NCBI GenBank assembly: GCA_046733635.1
Contig: JBKPPO010000091.1
Span: 10 to 64,009 of the forward strand
Length of the DNA stretch: 64,000 nucleotides
Source: Pseudomonadota bacterium
GTDB lineage: Bacteria; Pseudomonadota; Gammaproteobacteria; Steroidobacterales; Steroidobacteraceae
Direction of reading: 5' to 3'
In this document: piece by piece, positions 63,459 through 64,000 of the stretch
Position numbering within the stretch: position 1 is the stretch's first letter
Layout: every line of letters begins with the position of its first letter
Translations under genes and position numbers: made by a program
The notes under the pieces: model-generated
What the model was told of the DNA's origin: nothing
Seen by the model: the letters and a program-made list of their open reading frames with translations, nothing else
The model's database searches: none

Positions 63459-64000
63459 ATGACGAAGTTGTACTCGGGCAAAGACGTAGACAAGAAGGCG
63501 CTCAAGAAAGCCCGGATCGCCATCCTGGGCTACGGCAGCCAGGGCCGCGCGCATGCGCTCAACTTGAAGGACAGCGGCCATGACGTCGTCGTTGGCGTGC
63601 GCAAGAAGGGCGACAGCTGGAAAAAGGCGAAGAAGGATGGCCTCAAGGTCGCCGAACCCGCCGAAGCCGTGAAGGGCGCGTCGCTCGTCGCGATGCTGGT
63701 CCCCGACCTCGCGCAGGCCGAGCTCTACAACCAGGTGGAGAAGTCGCTCGAGAAGGGAGCGACCCTGCTCTTCGCGCATGGCCTGAACGTTCATTTCAAG
63801 CTGATCAAGCCGCGCAAGGACCTCGACGTCTCGCTGATCGCGCCCAAGGGTCCCGGTGACCTCGTGCGCCGCCAGTACCAGCAGGGTCGCGGCGTCCCTT
63901 CGCTGATCGCGGTATATCAGAACGCCACGGGCAAGGCCTTCGACAAGGCGCTCGCGTACGGCCATGGCATCGGCGGCACGCGCGGCGGCGTTCTCGAGAC
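63459..64000 (+). CDS. ilvC: ketol-acid reductoisomerase, N-terminal part (3' end outside the window)
   Basis: My own translation from ATG 63459: MTKLYSGKDVDKKALKKARIAILGYGSQGRAHALNLKDSGHDVVVG...LFAHGLNVHF...APKGPGDLVRRQY. GGAG lies 7 nt upstream. It is absent from the ORF track because the frame is open at the window edge. Confidence 0.93.
   Translation, partial: MTKLYSGKDVDKKALKKARIAILGYGSQGRAHALNLKDSGHDVVVGVRKKGDSWKKAKKDGLKVAEPAEAVKGASLVAMLVPDLAQAELYNQVEKSLEKGATLLFAHGLNVHFKLIKPRKDLDVSLIAPKGPGDLVRRQYQQGRGVPSLIAVYQNATGKAFDKALAYGHGIGGTRGGVLE

Noticed and set aside
63384-63965. 193-aa minus-strand ORF listed in the track.
   Set aside because: It is antisense to a clear ketol-acid reductoisomerase reading frame on the + strand (ATG 63459). 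That frame is missing from the track only because it runs off the window.
1-64000. Search by eye for CRISPR arrays, rRNA/tRNA genes, IS elements, integrases, prophage genes, toxin-antitoxin pairs and long direct or inverted repeats.
   Set aside because: None found. Intergenic regions are short (the longest is about 550 bp), no spaced repeat arrays were seen, and no transposase- or integrase-like translations appear in the ORF track. A by-eye scan cannot exclude small RNAs or degenerate repeats.

Overview
High-GC chromosomal segment (about 65-72% G+C in the lines I hand-counted). It looks gammaproteobacterial, Xanthomonadales/Nevskiales-like. That placement is an inference from the gene order fabD-fabG-acpP-fabF-pabB-pabC-mltG-tmk-holB-pilZ and an xps-like gspG-N operon. 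All calls come from reading the translations and DNA by eye; no searches were run. I support about 60 protein genes and saw no rRNA, tRNA, CRISPR array, transposase or integrase.

Blocks, left to right:
1. Thiolase 3' end, a DUF4230-like gene, and a tandem VOC protein with a histone-H1-like Lys-rich tail.
2. An all-exported carbohydrate locus: Tat-type aldo/keto reductase, ThuA-like protein, SMP-30 lactonase, TonB-dependent receptor, double-propeller GH43, and a PVC-type beta-propeller/HEAT/cytochrome c protein.
3. A 550-bp intergenic region with an AT-rich palindrome, then an S8 protease ending in a GlyGly-CTERM sorting tail.
4. A lower-GC stand-alone TIR-like gene divergent from an EEP-fold gene that is coupled to a FadB-like enzyme.
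5. A cNMP-binding/rhodanese fusion, a GumN-like gene, and a lower-GC secreted unknown.
6. The pilZ-holB-tmk-mltG-pabCB-fabF-acpP-fabG-fabD housekeeping block.
7. Rhombosortase, divergent by 64 bp from a T2SS operon gspGHIJKLMN that lacks gspC/D/E/F.
8. AddAB-type helicase-nuclease.
9. alaA, a YejBEF-like ABC importer without a binding protein, etfBA, peroxiredoxin, ankyrin lipoprotein, HMG-CoA lyase and a CoA-transferase.
10. tonB-exbB-exbD-exbD followed by two paralogous secreted TPR proteins.
11. A pepA-like/MFS/ilvD operon divergent from ilvC.

Most interesting to follow up:
- A candidate Leu/Val/Ile leader-peptide attenuator upstream of ilvC.
- The rhombosortase/T2SS/GlyGly-CTERM protease link.
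- The solitary ThsB-like TIR gene.
- The periplasmic sugar-oxidation module with a twin palindromic operator.
- The extended GspI and the Lys-tailed VOC enzyme.

I could not identify one unambiguous novel multi-gene system.
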